A stretch of 64,000 nt of DNA from NCBI GenBank assembly GCA_043228905.1, contig JBHGNT010000012.1, positions 11,222,001 through 11,286,000 on the forward strand, in the 5' to 3' direction. This document shows positions 1-12,420 of the stretch, in pieces (position 1 is the stretch's first letter; each line of letters begins with the position of its first letter). Under the pieces are notes generated by a model. That model saw nothing but the letters and a program-made list of their open reading frames with translations, searched no databases and was not told the origin of the DNA. The DNA comes from Azolla caroliniana. Lineage: Eukaryota > Plantae > Polypodiophyta. The translations under genes were made by a program, and so were the position numbers.

Positions 1-1583
1 GATATGCGAGGCAATTGATCATATATGTTGTTTTTTTAAAAGAACATATATGTCAAGGGTCCTTATTTCGCCCTCATTTACCAAAACTATGTTGGTACGT
101 TACCTAACCTCAAGTCTCGTAATTACGATGGCATACGCCAAAGTGCAATCTAATGGTCAAGACAAATGAGCCCTTGTTTTGTAGTAGGCTCACGTGGGCC
201 ATCACATGGTCACGTCATTACGATTGCCTCTCGTAAGAACGAGCTCATGGTGGCATCGTATCCATGTAACGAGGGAGGGATGTTGGATACGTGCGTCATT
301 GGAGCGACCTCACTTGAAGTGGGTCAAGCCCTATGTACTCAACATCATTTTGGCTATTGGCGTTTCTTTACGTAACGAAATCGAGGTCGTCAACGGGGTT
401 ATCAACAATAAAAAAATGTTGAAAAAGGGATGGTGACAACGCCATTCTCACAAAAATGTGAGGACGGCCACCAACATCCTTTTCCCGACCAGGACAACTT
501 TCGACATAATCACGTAATAACGAATATACACATATGTTTACTTTTCACATATATACGATCAAATACGTATATATGTGACCACATATGCCTATATTAAACA
601 TATCGTTATATTAAATAGCCACAAATGATGTGATCGAGATACGTAATCGAGGTATATACCTCTACGCACACGAAAGATCCTCAAATAAGAGATCATCATA
701 ATACGCAATTGAGGTATTGACCTCTTACACATACGAGACCAACCGCATATCGTTTACGACAAATCAAGGTATTAAACTCATACGCAAATGTAACATATGT
801 TCGTGAACGTAATACGTAATTGAGGTATTAACCTCATACGCATACGACACTCATCACATATTATTAATATGTCAAACGAGGTATTGACCTCGTGCACATA
901 TGTAAACGTTTTAGATAATCAATTAAAGACCACTATTACATCATTGACTTAATGAAAAAAAATACATATAAACTAAACACATGATTAGATGGGAGAAGAG
1001 AGAATAGAAAAAAAATTCTAGAAAGAGTTACCGAAGTTCTTTGTTGATCGTTGTCTGGATCAAGGCCGATCGCACATCGATCGATCAACATCAATCAAAA
1101 GACAAATGAAAAACAAAGAAACATTAGTACATAAATCTGATACCAAATATTATAGATCTAAGTACTAAAGTAAGCTTAAGATAAGGATAAAGTAATGATA
1201 GATAGAAAGGAGAAAGAGAAAGAAGGGTGCCGATCCACCTGACCACCCCCGAGCGAAGGGATCGAGACGGACTCGAACCTCGATCGGCGTCCCATACCAC
1301 CGCCGTGGCGTTGAGTCGTACCTGGTGCTGGCGCGCTCGCTACAAGAGTTGACCCACCACACGAGCAGAGTCTCGATGTAGTCAAAAGATGATCAAATGA
1401 GGGTAGCTAGGCCTCTTATTTATAGCGATACCCAAGGCCCCCAGGCAAGTTCACACTTGACCTAATGGGTTGTCTCAATCCCGAGGATTAAAAGTAATCC
1501 TCCCCTTCTTTACACTCTCGTTTAACCCTCACACTTATCCACGTGTATAGAATACTACGGTAAATTCTCACCACGGGATATTA
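1..1583 (-). mobile_element. 5' part of Met-primed Gypsy/chromovirus element (family A): 5' LTR 1148-1583, PBS 1136-1145, 5' internal region
   Basis: 1148-1583 is the reverse complement of the LTR at 6470-6926, minus ~18 bp at its start. TGGTATCAGA (tRNA-iMet PBS) lies on the minus strand at 1136-1145. Bases 1-430 match 37790-38200. Confidence 0.85.
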
Positions 1584-1735
1584 AATTCCCCTTCCTCCAT
1601 TTGAGTTCGAATAGAGCATGTGTCTTTCTTGTACATTGTTCCTCATTCAGATGTGATTTTCTTCGACCAATAGCATCGATTGGAGATCGAAGGAGGGAGG
1701 ATTCTCCCTTGTGAGGACGGTCGACCTTATTGCGT

Positions 1736-3550
1736 AACACCTTCATTACTTCCTCGGGATCGAAGTGATCCGTACCCCCGAAGGCATATTGATCAGCCAA
1801 CGTCATTACGTGCTGAGTATGCTCTTCAAATTCGGGATGGCCGACTGTAAGTCCGTCTCAACTCCTCTGGACAGAACCGTCAAGCTTCGTCCCGATACGG
1901 GAAAGGTATGCGACCCGACGAGGTTCCGACAAATTGTCGGAAGCCTGATATACTTGACAATCACCCAACCTGACTTCAATTATCCGGTCGGAGTGATCAG
2001 TCAGTTCATGGCGCGACCTACCGAGGAGCACCTTCAGTGTGCGCAACGCATACTTCGGTATGTCAACGACACTAAGGACCGGGGACTGCTATATCAGACC
2101 GGTGCATCGGTGCAGTTAGTCGGCTACACCGATGCTGATTGGGCTGGCAACGCCGCCGATCGCCGATCCACGTCCAGATACGCGTTCTCCCTTGGGAGTG
2201 CCGCAATCACGTGGAGCAGTAAGAAGCAGCCGACAGTTGCACTGTCGAGCACCGAAGCTGAGTACCGAGGAGCGGCTGTCGCGACATGCGAAGCCATATG
2301 GTTGAAGCGGCTACTTAGGGACCTGCAAGAGGAGGTGTCAGATCCGACGACGATCTACTGCGACAACCTCAGCAGCATCCAGCTCGCGAAAAACCCCGTT
2401 TTCCATGCACGGACCAAGCACATTGAGGTGCACTACCATTTCGTCCGTGAGCGTGTCCTTTCCGGTGAAATCGAACTTCAGTACGTGCCGACGGATCGGC
2501 AGACTGCCGACATCTTCACCAAGCCTCTTGGTCTGGACAAGTTGCAGCAATTCTCAGGTGCGCTCAGATTGCGTCACCTCGACGTGTCAAACTTGAGGGG
2601 GAGAACAGTCCCGAACGACCAAGACTGCGACACCGAGTCGGTTGACTCGGTTGTCGAGTTCGACTTCGGATCGGCTGAAGAAGCCGAGGGCGGACCCGCG
2701 GAAAAGTCCGGAAGCGGACAGAAGAGGAACCGCCGAAGGAGAGAGCGGAAGCCAACCACGCATGGGGAAGATGACGCCATCGAGGGCGAGAAGACCGAAG
2801 ACAAGTTGGAGACAGCCAACTCGGACGAGAGCGAAAACTGATTGGAGGTAGCCGAGTCGGTTCAGATGTTTTATTCAGATACACTGTATCAACCGAGGCC
2901 CAAACGAAAGAAAAGGCAGCAGGAGAAGCGTCAACACCGCAACAACAGAAGAGTTGATAAGGGCCACATGAGCAGAAAAGCCGACCGGAAGGGTCGAAGC
3001 ACGCAGAGTCGAACAGGTCGAGGAGCGCGAGCGAGGCGTGAAGCCAGGAGGAACAGGAGCTGTGAGCCCGAAGATCCCGAAGAGCCTCAAGTTGAGCTTG
3101 AGGGGGAGTGTTGAGAGACAAGCTCAACATCGGCCGGATCGGCTGAAGAAGCCGAGGACCGGATTGGTTGGGACCGATCGGTTAGGCCGAATGCGTAAAC
3201 TGGTACGCAGACCGGTGCGTAGGTAGGGCCGGATCGGTGCGTAAACCGGGAGGCCGTGATGAATATATTTGGGAGTTAGTGTAGGAGCTCTTAATGAGCA
3301 TTGAAGTACTGTCAGTACTTCTGTCAGTCCTTCTAGGACTTGTATAAAAGTGTTCATTGAACACACATATGTATATAGTGTGGTGAATAGAGATTGAGTA
3401 CTTTTGTTGAATATAGTTCTTGTGTTCTCTCTCTCTCTCACTGTCTCTATCTCTCCCGCGTATACTGCGTAAGCTCAAGCTCTCCATTAAACCTGAGTTT
3501 CCTTCCTTCTGTTCGGTCTTTATACTTGCTTCCGCACGCTACTTTCTACA
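1736..3550 (+). mobile_element. 5'-truncated Ty1/Copia element: RT end, RNase H, C-terminal tail, PPT and 3' LTR (3109-3550)
   Basis: ORF 1765-2841 has YTDADWAG, SSTEAEY, CDNLS and [13 protein letters not shown] motifs. PPT TTGAGGGGGAG is followed by a TGTTG...CTACA LTR homologous to 14893-15280. Confidence 0.95.
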
Positions 3551-3744
3551 CTTCTCTTTCAATCGAAATTCATATTCTGATTAATAAAATTCATTATACT
3601 TGTGGGATTCACAAGTTTTCTATATCTCTTTCTAATAATCTATCCATAACTATAAACTTCTCTCGAATTCTTCCTCTTCCTAGTCCAAAACCCCAACGGT
3701 TCCCACCCGACTCACGCAACGATCCGGTGCCGAAAGGCACGACA
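3551..3744 (+). mobile_element. 3' end of an LTR terminating in CACGACA
   Basis: Ends ...GGCACGACA. The next bases (GCGT...) resume family A pol sequence homologous to 35940-36010. Confidence 0.5.
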
Positions 3745-6700
3745 GCGTAAGTCTACAATACCTATTGTCTGGAATGCTACTATAGATGTCGCCTTTAAGG
3801 AACTGAAGGACCTGGTATGCAAGGCTCCTTCACTTCTTTTACCCGATCCTTCAAAACCTTTTGAGGTTGAAACTGATGCAAGCGATTATGCTATAGATGC
3901 TGTCTTATATCAAGATGGTAAACCGATAGCATTCGCGAGTAAGAAACTTGATTCTGCTCAATGTCCGTATACCGTTGAAGAAAAGGAATTATTTGCAGTT
4001 ATAGATGCGCTCAAAACATGGTGCCATTATCTTTATGGAAATTTCTTTGTGGTAACTACGGACCACGAGTCCTTGAAATATTTTTGTGACCAACAAGACC
4101 TGAAACGTTGTAAGGCACGATGGGCTGATCTCATCTAGGACTTTGATTTTTCCATACGATATCGTAAAGGTTCCACGAACACTGTCGTTGATGCACTAAG
4201 TCGCATCCGTGAAGTTAACATGCTTAGCTTTACTAAAATATCATCAGATCTTTATGATCACCTTCAAGGAAAGTATCTTGGTGATAGTTATTTTGCAAAT
4301 TACTGGGCAAGAGTTGAGTCTGGAACAAACACCACCACATCCTGGAAGGAATACTTCCACATTGCTAATGGTTTGCTCTACTGTAATGGGAATGTTTGTG
4401 TTCTAGATTTGCCTGAGGTCAAAAAGAGAATTCTTTTTTAATGCCATGATGCACCGTCAGTAGGGCACCCTGGAATACATCGTACACTCGTTCTCATCTC
4501 CACTCAATTCTGTTGGCCTAAGATGCATCCTGACATACATAGCTATGTGACTAAATGTCCCCAATGCCAGGTTAACAAAGCCGAGCGACTTAAAGCCGCA
4601 GGACTTTTACATCCCTTGGACATTCCCAATAATAAGTGGGAAAGTATATCCATGGATTTTATTGTTAGCCTTCCTCACACCCAAAAAGGCCATGATGCCA
4701 CCTAGGTTGTGGTTGATAGACTAACTAAAATGGCTAGATTTATTGCTACTAAAACCACGATAACAGCTCCTGAATTGGCTTACCAATTTGTGGACGAGTT
4801 ATTTCGTTTTTTACCGATGGATATCGTGAGTGATCGAGATCCAAAATTTACTAGTGACTTCTGGACGCAAGTCTTTAAGAAGTTAGAAACTACGTTGAGC
4901 ATGAGCTCCACGGATCATCCTCAATCCGATGGATAGATAGAACGAGTAAATCAAGTTATTGAGGACATGCTTAGAGCATACTGATAGGGTGTATAAGATA
5001 ATAGATAGTTATACACTATATGAGGGCTTGACCAAACCGATTAGATGGAGTTGAAAATCATAATATATTATATAGCTCTAGGTAATTATGATTAGAGAGT
5101 ATAACTCAAGAAACTAAGAAAAAAGATAGAGAAAGCGAGCAAGAAATAAGAATGTTCTGATATTCCAACATCAAGAGAATACAAAGGAGACAAACTCCAC
5201 ATTGAACTAAAACCAAAGACCTTCCTCTTCTAAGACACTTCCTCTTCCACAAAGACACTTCTTCCTAACATTCCTCATCCACTCTTTGGCCTTCACTCTT
5301 AGCCCCCTTCCTCACTAATATCACTTCTTCTTTTATAACCTTCCTCTTCTTATCCACGTTCATGCTATTTTTAGAAGCTTTTTATCTCCCTATTTTTAGC
5401 TATGACACATCGACCTTCTAATCTTCATATCTCCCTCATCCGATATCCAAATTAAGCGATTTAAAAAGCTATAGAAAGCTCTTTTTACAAGCTTTCTAAT
5501 CCATATTTAAACGTGATATTTGGATAAACAACGAGGGAGTTATGACCATTCTATTTTTACTGTTTTTTATAGTCTGCGTTTTCTCTTTTTACTTTTCTCT
5601 TGGTCTCGTACTTTTACTTTTGACTTCTTCCCTAAGGTCTTAGTTCGTGTTCTTATCCTCAAAAGGTGAATTATCTATACTTTATATTCTCCTAATGTTC
5701 AATGGCTTAGATTCTAAAAACACTTTCACACATACGTTGGTGCAAAACCAACAAAATGGGAACGTTATCTCCCAATTTTGGAGTTTGCTTATAACAGCTC
5801 CAAGCATACGTCGACGGGATATAGTCCTTTTATGTTGATGTATGGTTTTTCAGCCACGAGCCCCGATTGATGTTAATATACATCATGATGAGTTGCAAAG
5901 TACGCAAAACTTTCTTCGGGATATGCAAGATATGTTGCATATTGCACGAGATAACATAAAAACAGCTCAAGATAGAGCACGTTTTTATGCTGATCATCAT
6001 AGGCAACCTCGCGTATTCAACCCTGGACAAAAGGTATTTTTACGTGTACCTCACAATTCTAAGACATTGTCTAAGGGTAAGTGCGCTAAGTTAGCCCCAC
6101 GGTTTTGTGGACCTTTTACAGTCCTCAAACGCATTGAGTCATCAGCCTATCGTCTCGCTCTTCCCAATGGTGTTGAAATTCATCCAGTTTTTCATGTGAG
6201 TCGTCTAAAAGAACTTCTGGATTCTTGCGACAATACAGTTACAACTGAAACTCTGGTTACTTCTGAAGAATTATCTTCTAAACCACATGTACCAGAAAGA
6301 ATTCTCGATGTTAAAACAAAAAAATTACATACTAAAGAAATCCGAGAATTTAAAATAAAATGGATGAATAAATCAATAAAAGATGCCATATGGGAACGCG
6401 AAAATACTCTCAGAACTAACTTCCCTAACTTTCCATTGCAAGAGTGCAATGTTTTAAAGAGGGGGAGTATGTTACGGGCATGACCATATAATATCCCGTG
6501 GTGAGAATTTACCGTAGTATTCTATACACGTGGATAAGTGTGAGGGTTAAACGAGAGTGTAAAGTAGGAGAGGATTACTTTTAATCCTTGGGATTGAGAC
6601 AACCCATTAGGCCAAGTGTGAACTTGCCTGGGGGCCTAGGGTATCGCTATAAATAAGAGGCCTAGCTACCCTCATTTCATGATCTTGTTGACTATGTTGA

Positions 6701-6926
6701 GACTCTGTCTTGTGGTGGGTCAACTCTTGTAGCGAGCGCGCCAGCACCAAGTATGACTCAACGCCACGATGGTGGTATGGGATGCTGATCGAGGCTCGAG
6801 TCTGTCTCGATCCCTTCGCTCGGGGGTGGTCGGGTGTATCGGCACCCTTCTCTCTCTCTCTCCTTTCTATCTATCTATCTCTATTCCATCATTATCTAAT
6901 GCTTACATTAGTTCATGTCTGTAATA
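3745..6926 (+). mobile_element. Family A chromovirus, 3' half: RNase H, integrase, chromodomain-like C-terminus, PPT and 3' LTR (6470-6926); pseudogenised
   Basis: Motifs ETDASDYA, GHPG, CPQCQ, WESISMDF, SDRDPKF, HPQSDG, GPF, HPVFHVSRL and PERILD...IKW...AIWE. PPT AAAGAGGGGGAG is followed by TGTTAC. Many stops and frameshifts. Confidence 0.93.
4982..5730. mobile_element. Solo LTR inserted into family A integrase
   Basis: TG...CA ends with 5-bp TSD CATAC (4977-4981 and 5731-5735). The integrase sequence DMLRAY|VGAKP rejoins across the insert. Confidence 0.9.
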
Positions 6927-7452
6927 GTCGGTCTTTGTCATGATATGGCAAGACTCGAACCCATGACCTTAGGTTATATGGGTCGAGCTCTTGACCATTA
7001 TATCATCTATTGTAATACGTAGGATATTATGTTCATTTACATTTTATTATAGGAAATTAATGTATATTCCAGATTTCTTTGGAACATTCTAGAAGCTTCA
7101 GGATTACTCTTGAGAACACTATAAAAGAGCATTATGTTGAACCAAATTGGTTGAACGCTAGTCTTTAGCCTCATAGCCCTTTTGTACTTACTCTTCTTAT
7201 AATATATAATCTGTTATCATCATCATCTCTCTCTCTCTCTCTCATCCTTGCTATCTCTCTCTCTCCTCTTCTCTCTTCCTCTCCCTAAACCCAAACCCCT
7301 AAACCCTAAACCCTCTTAGTACTAATAATACCTCCCTTCTCTAGTACTAATCCTCTCTCTGTTTAGTACTATTCCTGACAGTTTGAACCAATTTTCCCGT
7401 CTGTCTCTCTCCCTTCATACTAATCTCTTATTCCTCTTTTCTTTTTCATCCC

Positions 7453-8603
7453 ATGGCCACAATTAGCACTCAGGAATATCAATCTATTTTCTCGGAGTTT
7501 CAATGTTTGAAAGAGAAGTTCCTTGCTTTGGAACAAGAAAATCAACGGTTGTTGGGGGATCTTCAACAAATCTCCTTAGAAAAGCAGCAAACGCAACAAC
7601 AACATGGGGAACTTGCATTACGCGTGCAACAACTCGAAGCAACCATCGTAGCAATGCAACAACAAGGCCCCAGAACACAAGGGATTCATAAGGAACCCAA
7701 GATTGGCCTTCCCACGAAGTTCGATGGAACACGATCGCAGTTTAGAGGGTTCCTTAATCAGGTACGATTAGTTATTCAAATGCATCCTTCCCGATATCCT
7801 ACCGATGCATCACGAGTGGGTTTAGTAGGGACGTTGTTAAGTGGCTCAGCGTTGGCATGGTTCGCTCCAATGTTGGAAAAGGAGTCTCCATTACTCAACA
7901 ACTTTGAAGATTTTATAGGTGAGTTTAAAGCATGCTTTGGGGATACTGACAGCATAAGGACCGCAATCAACAAAATCCGGCGATTACGCCAAGGAGACCA
8001 TCCAGCCTCCGCATACGCTGCAGATTTCCGCCTACTCGCCATTGACATCCCTTGGGATGATCAAGCGTTGATGGAGCAATTTCGTTATGGTTTATGCAAC
8101 GATGTCAAGGATTTACTCTTGACTTTCCCTGAAGAGCCAAAGTCCTTAACAGAAGCAATCAGTCGCGCGGTGAGATGTGACAACCGCCTCTTTGAGCGAC
8201 GTTCGGAACGACAGCTACAGATGCCAGGGCAAGATCAGAGCGCACCTACGCCTCAGTGGTAGCAAAACCTTTACGTAGAGAGTACTATAATGCGCCTCCA
8301 GTGAATACTCCAACTCCGATGGAGATTGACACTACACGTCGTCGAGGGCCATTATCCAAAGAAGAAAAGCAGTGACGCCGAACAAATCGACTATGTCTCT
8401 ACTGCGGTGGACTAGGACACATTGCAATAAATTGTCCCCATAGGCCAAGAAGACAAGTAAACCAAATAGTTGCTAGTTCTAATTGTACTAAACCCGAGCC
8501 TATTACAGTAGGGTTATCTGATAGTACTAATAGTACTAATAGCCTAGATCTAGCGAACAAATTTGATGTCCTTAGTCAGTTAGAAGAGGAGTTAAATGAC
8601 TAA
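7453..8603 (+). pseudogene. gag: Gag (coiled coil, capsid, CCHC knuckle) of the Tcn1-like element, frameshifted near 8225
   Basis: PTKFDG...LSGSALAWF...LRQG...YAADF...QFRYGL; then PTPMEID and CLYCGGLGHIAINC in another frame. Confidence 0.9.
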
Positions 8604-8629
8604 GTCCAGCCAAAATAGGAGTCGTTTGG

Positions 8630-11600
8630 TTGGACAGCCCTAGATCTGTGCAGGCCATTAGTGGTTCCATTCCCTCTAAGCAATTTAGCAATGGATTTGT
8701 AGCCCAAGTAATAGTTAGTACTAAAAGTACCCCTCCAGTACACGTCTTAACACTTCTAGACTCCGGAGCTAATTCTTGCTTTATGGATAGGAATTTTGCC
8801 CAAGCTCATCAGATATCTCTTAGAAAATTCCTGTGTCCAGCCTCTGTAGTCGTCATTGATGGTCATCCCATTGCTTCCGGAAATATCATAGAGGAGTCAG
8901 AACCCATTAATATTGTCCTAGATAACTTAGCATGTGTAGTATCATTTAACATTATTAGTATCCCAGAATATCCCATCGTTTTGGGATTACCATGGTTCGA
9001 GTTACATAACCCATACATAGATTGGAGAACAAGAGAAATCCGGTGTCGACAAACCGAGGATCTACTCAGAAGATTGCCACCATTTCACTACATCAGTTGC
9101 AGGAAGAAGGACGCAAGGAAGAAATGTTTCTCTTCGCAATATCACTAAAACCCTCCGACACCATAAAAGAGGAGTCCACCGTTCAGCTTCCAAAGAAGTA
9201 TCATCATTATGCCGATGTATTCGATAAAGCACGAACCAATACGCTTCCTCTCCATTGACCATATGATTGCCCCATCGATTTACAACCGGGGAAAGAGCCA
9301 CCATGGGGACCGATCTACAATTTGTCACCAACAGAGCTAGAAGTCCTTCGAGCCTATATAGAGGAGAATTTGGAGAATGGATTCATTTGACATTCGAAAT
9401 CTCCATCCGACCAGGAGATGAATGGAAGACCGCGTTCCGCACTAGATATGGGCACTTTGAGTATACGGTCATGCCGTTCAGCCTCATTAATGCGCCAACA
9501 ATCTTCCAGCACATGGTAAATGATATATTCCGAGATCTCTTAGATGTGTGTCTGATCATCTACTTGGATGATCTACTGGTTTATTCAAAGACCGAAGAAG
9601 AGCATGATTCTCACGTACTATTAGTACTAAAACAACTTCGAGAACATGGTCTTTACGCAAAGCTAGAAAAATGTAGTTTCGGGTGCAACTAGGTGGAATT
9701 TCTCGGCTACGTCATTTCATCAGAAGGCATCTCCATGGACCCAGGTAAGGTCAAGACGGTGGTAGAATGGAAGACTCCGCGCTCGGTGCGAGATGTGCAA
9801 TGCTTTTTAGGCTTTGCCAATTTTTACCGGAAGTTTATACAAGATTACTCAAAGCTCGTTCTACCTCTCACACAGCTTACCAGGAAGGGACAATCGTTCG
9901 TTTGGTCTGAAGAAGCAGATATGGCTTTTGGGAGTCTTAAAAAGCCTTTTACATCGGCTCCAATTCTTGCTCATGCCGTTCCGGAAAAACCATTTATTAT
10001 CGAAGCTGACGCATCGGATTTTGCATTGGGGAGCATTCTGTCACAACGGGGTAATGATGAGAAGCTACATCCTGTGGCTTTTCACTCACGCAAGTTTGAC
10101 GACGCTGAAGTCAACTACGAAATTCATGATAAGGAGCTATTGGCTAGAGTGGACTCGTTTATGCAATGGAGGCATTTTTTAGAGGGATCCTCTCATCAAG
10201 TCACCGTATTCAGTGACCATAAAAACCTTGCCTACTTTCAGGATGCTCGTGTGTTAAATCGACGTCAAGCTCGGTGGGCCCACTTCCTCACGCGTTTCGA
10301 CTTCAAAATTACATATCGTCTAGGGAAGCACCAAGGGAAGGCAAATGCATTATCACAACGTTCGTATCTAACATCGCGTCCTGGCGAGCCAGCTTTCGAT
10401 AATCAAAAGCAAGTAATCTTGGGACCGGCACACAGGTTTTTGGCATGCCCATGGATTCCCACGTTATCAATATCATACGTGCGGACCTGAAGACAGATGC
10501 TTTCACCCAAGCTATACTAGCACAAATTGATCCCTCTCGAGCGTCGTGTTCACAGTCGCAACCACCAGGTACGGACTATCGGCAATTCAAATACCATGAT
10601 GGATTACTCTTCTTTAAAGAACTTTTGTATGTTCCTAATGGTTCTTGCTGCCTTCGAGTAGTACAAAACTTTCATGACACATACAACTGGGCATTTTGGT
10701 AGTACTAAAACATTAGATTTAGTACAATGATCATTCTGGTGGCCCCGTATGCGACAATTCGTCGAAGATTTTGTTTGGACTTGTGATACATGCTACAGAG
10801 CAAAAATGCCAAGGCATCATCCATATGGTTTATTAGAACCATTACCAATTCCAAACAAGCCGTGGCAATCCATTGCTCTAGACTTCATAACAGATATTCC
10901 AGTCTCTAAGGGGTTCAATGTGATTCTAACAGTGGTAGATCGATATACGAAGATGGCTCATTTCTTGCCATGTACTAAGGAAATCTCTTGTGAAGACACC
11001 GCCAAAATTGTCATGCGTGAAGTATGTCGGCATCATGGACTTCCCGATAGTATCGTCAGCAACCATGGACCCCAATTCGTGTCAAAATTCTGGAAGCACC
11101 TTTTTAAAATGCTCAAGGTCACTTGTAACCTCTCCTCCGACTACCACCCACAAACCGATAGCCAAGCCGAACGAACAAATCAAATGTTGGAGTAGTATTT
11201 GCGGTGCTTTCTCAGCTATCATCAGGATAACTGGGCAGAAATTCTCCACTTCGCCGAATTTGCCTATAATAACTCTATCCATGCATTGACTAAAGTTACG
11301 CCCTTTTATGCTTTACAGGATGTCACCCTCGGTGGAGTGTACTTGAAACCTCGGAGGTGTCCACAAATCCTTGCGCGGAGGATCGTTTGGAACAGTTACG
11401 CAAGATACAAGCAAATTTATCTACTCATCTCCAGCAAGCTCAACAAACACACAAGGTCTACGCGGATCGTCATCGACTTCCATCTAGTTTTAACATTGGA
11501 GATCGGGTGTGGCTTCTACGACGACACATCAAGACTACTCGCCCATGTGAGAAGTTGGATTATCGGCGATTAGGACCCTTTCGTATTATCGAAAAGATTA

Positions 11601-11960
11601 ATGATATCGTTTTTTGTCTCGATCTACCTCCTCAACTTCGGATACATCCGGTGTTTCATAGTTCTCTCCTTGAACCCTATCACGAGAGCACCATCCCAGG
11701 ACGTATTATACAACCTCCACCCCCGATCTAAATTGAAGATGGACCAGAGTACGAGGTTGCCGCCATCCTTGATTCCAAGATTGTTCGCAACAAGCTCTAC
11801 TATCTAGTCGATTGGCTAGGCTATAGTCCCAACGAACGTACTTGGGAACCGATCGAGAATGTGACCAATGCTTGTGCGCTTCTTGAAGACTTCCATTGTC
11901 AATATCCACACAAACCGGGTCCTCCATCCAAAACGACTCGTGGCACTCGTCGTTTTAAAG
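8630..11960 (+). pseudogene. pol: Pol (PR-RT-RH-INT-chromodomain), fragmented, with an internal RT deletion near 9405
   Basis: LLDSGANSCF, DEWKTAFRTRYGHFEY, IYLDD, EADASDFALG, WQSIALDF, HPQTD; chromodomain EYEVAAILDS...YLVDWLGY...TWEP at ~11745-11920. Confidence 0.92.
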
Positions 11961-12420
11961 GGGGGATAGTGTCATGATATGGCAAGACTCGAACCCATGA
12001 CCTTAGGTTATATGGGTCGAGCTCTTGACCATTATATCATCTATTGTAATACGTAGGATATTATGTTCATTTACATTTTATTATAGGAAATTAATGTATA
12101 TTCTAGATTTCTCTGGAACATTCTAGAAGCTTCAGGATTACTCTTGAGAACACTATAAAAGAGGGCACTAGGCATTATGTTGAACCAAATTGGTTCAATG
12201 CCAGTCTTTAGCCTCATAGCCCTCTTGTACTTACTCTTCTTATAATATATAATATGTTATCATCATCTCTCTCTCTCTTTCGTCCTCACTATCTCTCTCT
12301 CTCTCCTCTTCTCTCTTCCTCTCTCGGGAGTCTTACGCAGTCCCGTCCTCTTAGTACTAATAGTACCTCCCTTCTCTAGTACTAATCCTCTCTCTGTTTA
12401 GTACTATTCCTGACAGTCTT

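Larger units (their letters stand above)
6936..12415 (+). mobile_element. Full-length Tcn1/Tf1-like Gypsy chromovirus (LTRs 6936-7380 and 11970-12415), decayed
   Basis: TGTCA...TGACA LTRs with TSD GTCTT (6931-6935 and 12416-12420). Contains gag, protease LLDSGA, RT YLDD, RNase H, integrase, chromodomain and PPT AAAGGGGGGATAG. Confidence 0.97.

Noticed and set aside
649-891. CRISPR-like spaced palindromic repeats
   Set aside because: Repeats are only 14 bp, the spacers resemble one another, there are no cas genes, and the context is a eukaryotic retroelement leader.
6710-6943. Recurrent MWWVNSCSERAS ORF (also 1165-1362)
   Set aside because: It lies within copies of the same LTR, so recurrence reflects LTR identity; no ATG start.
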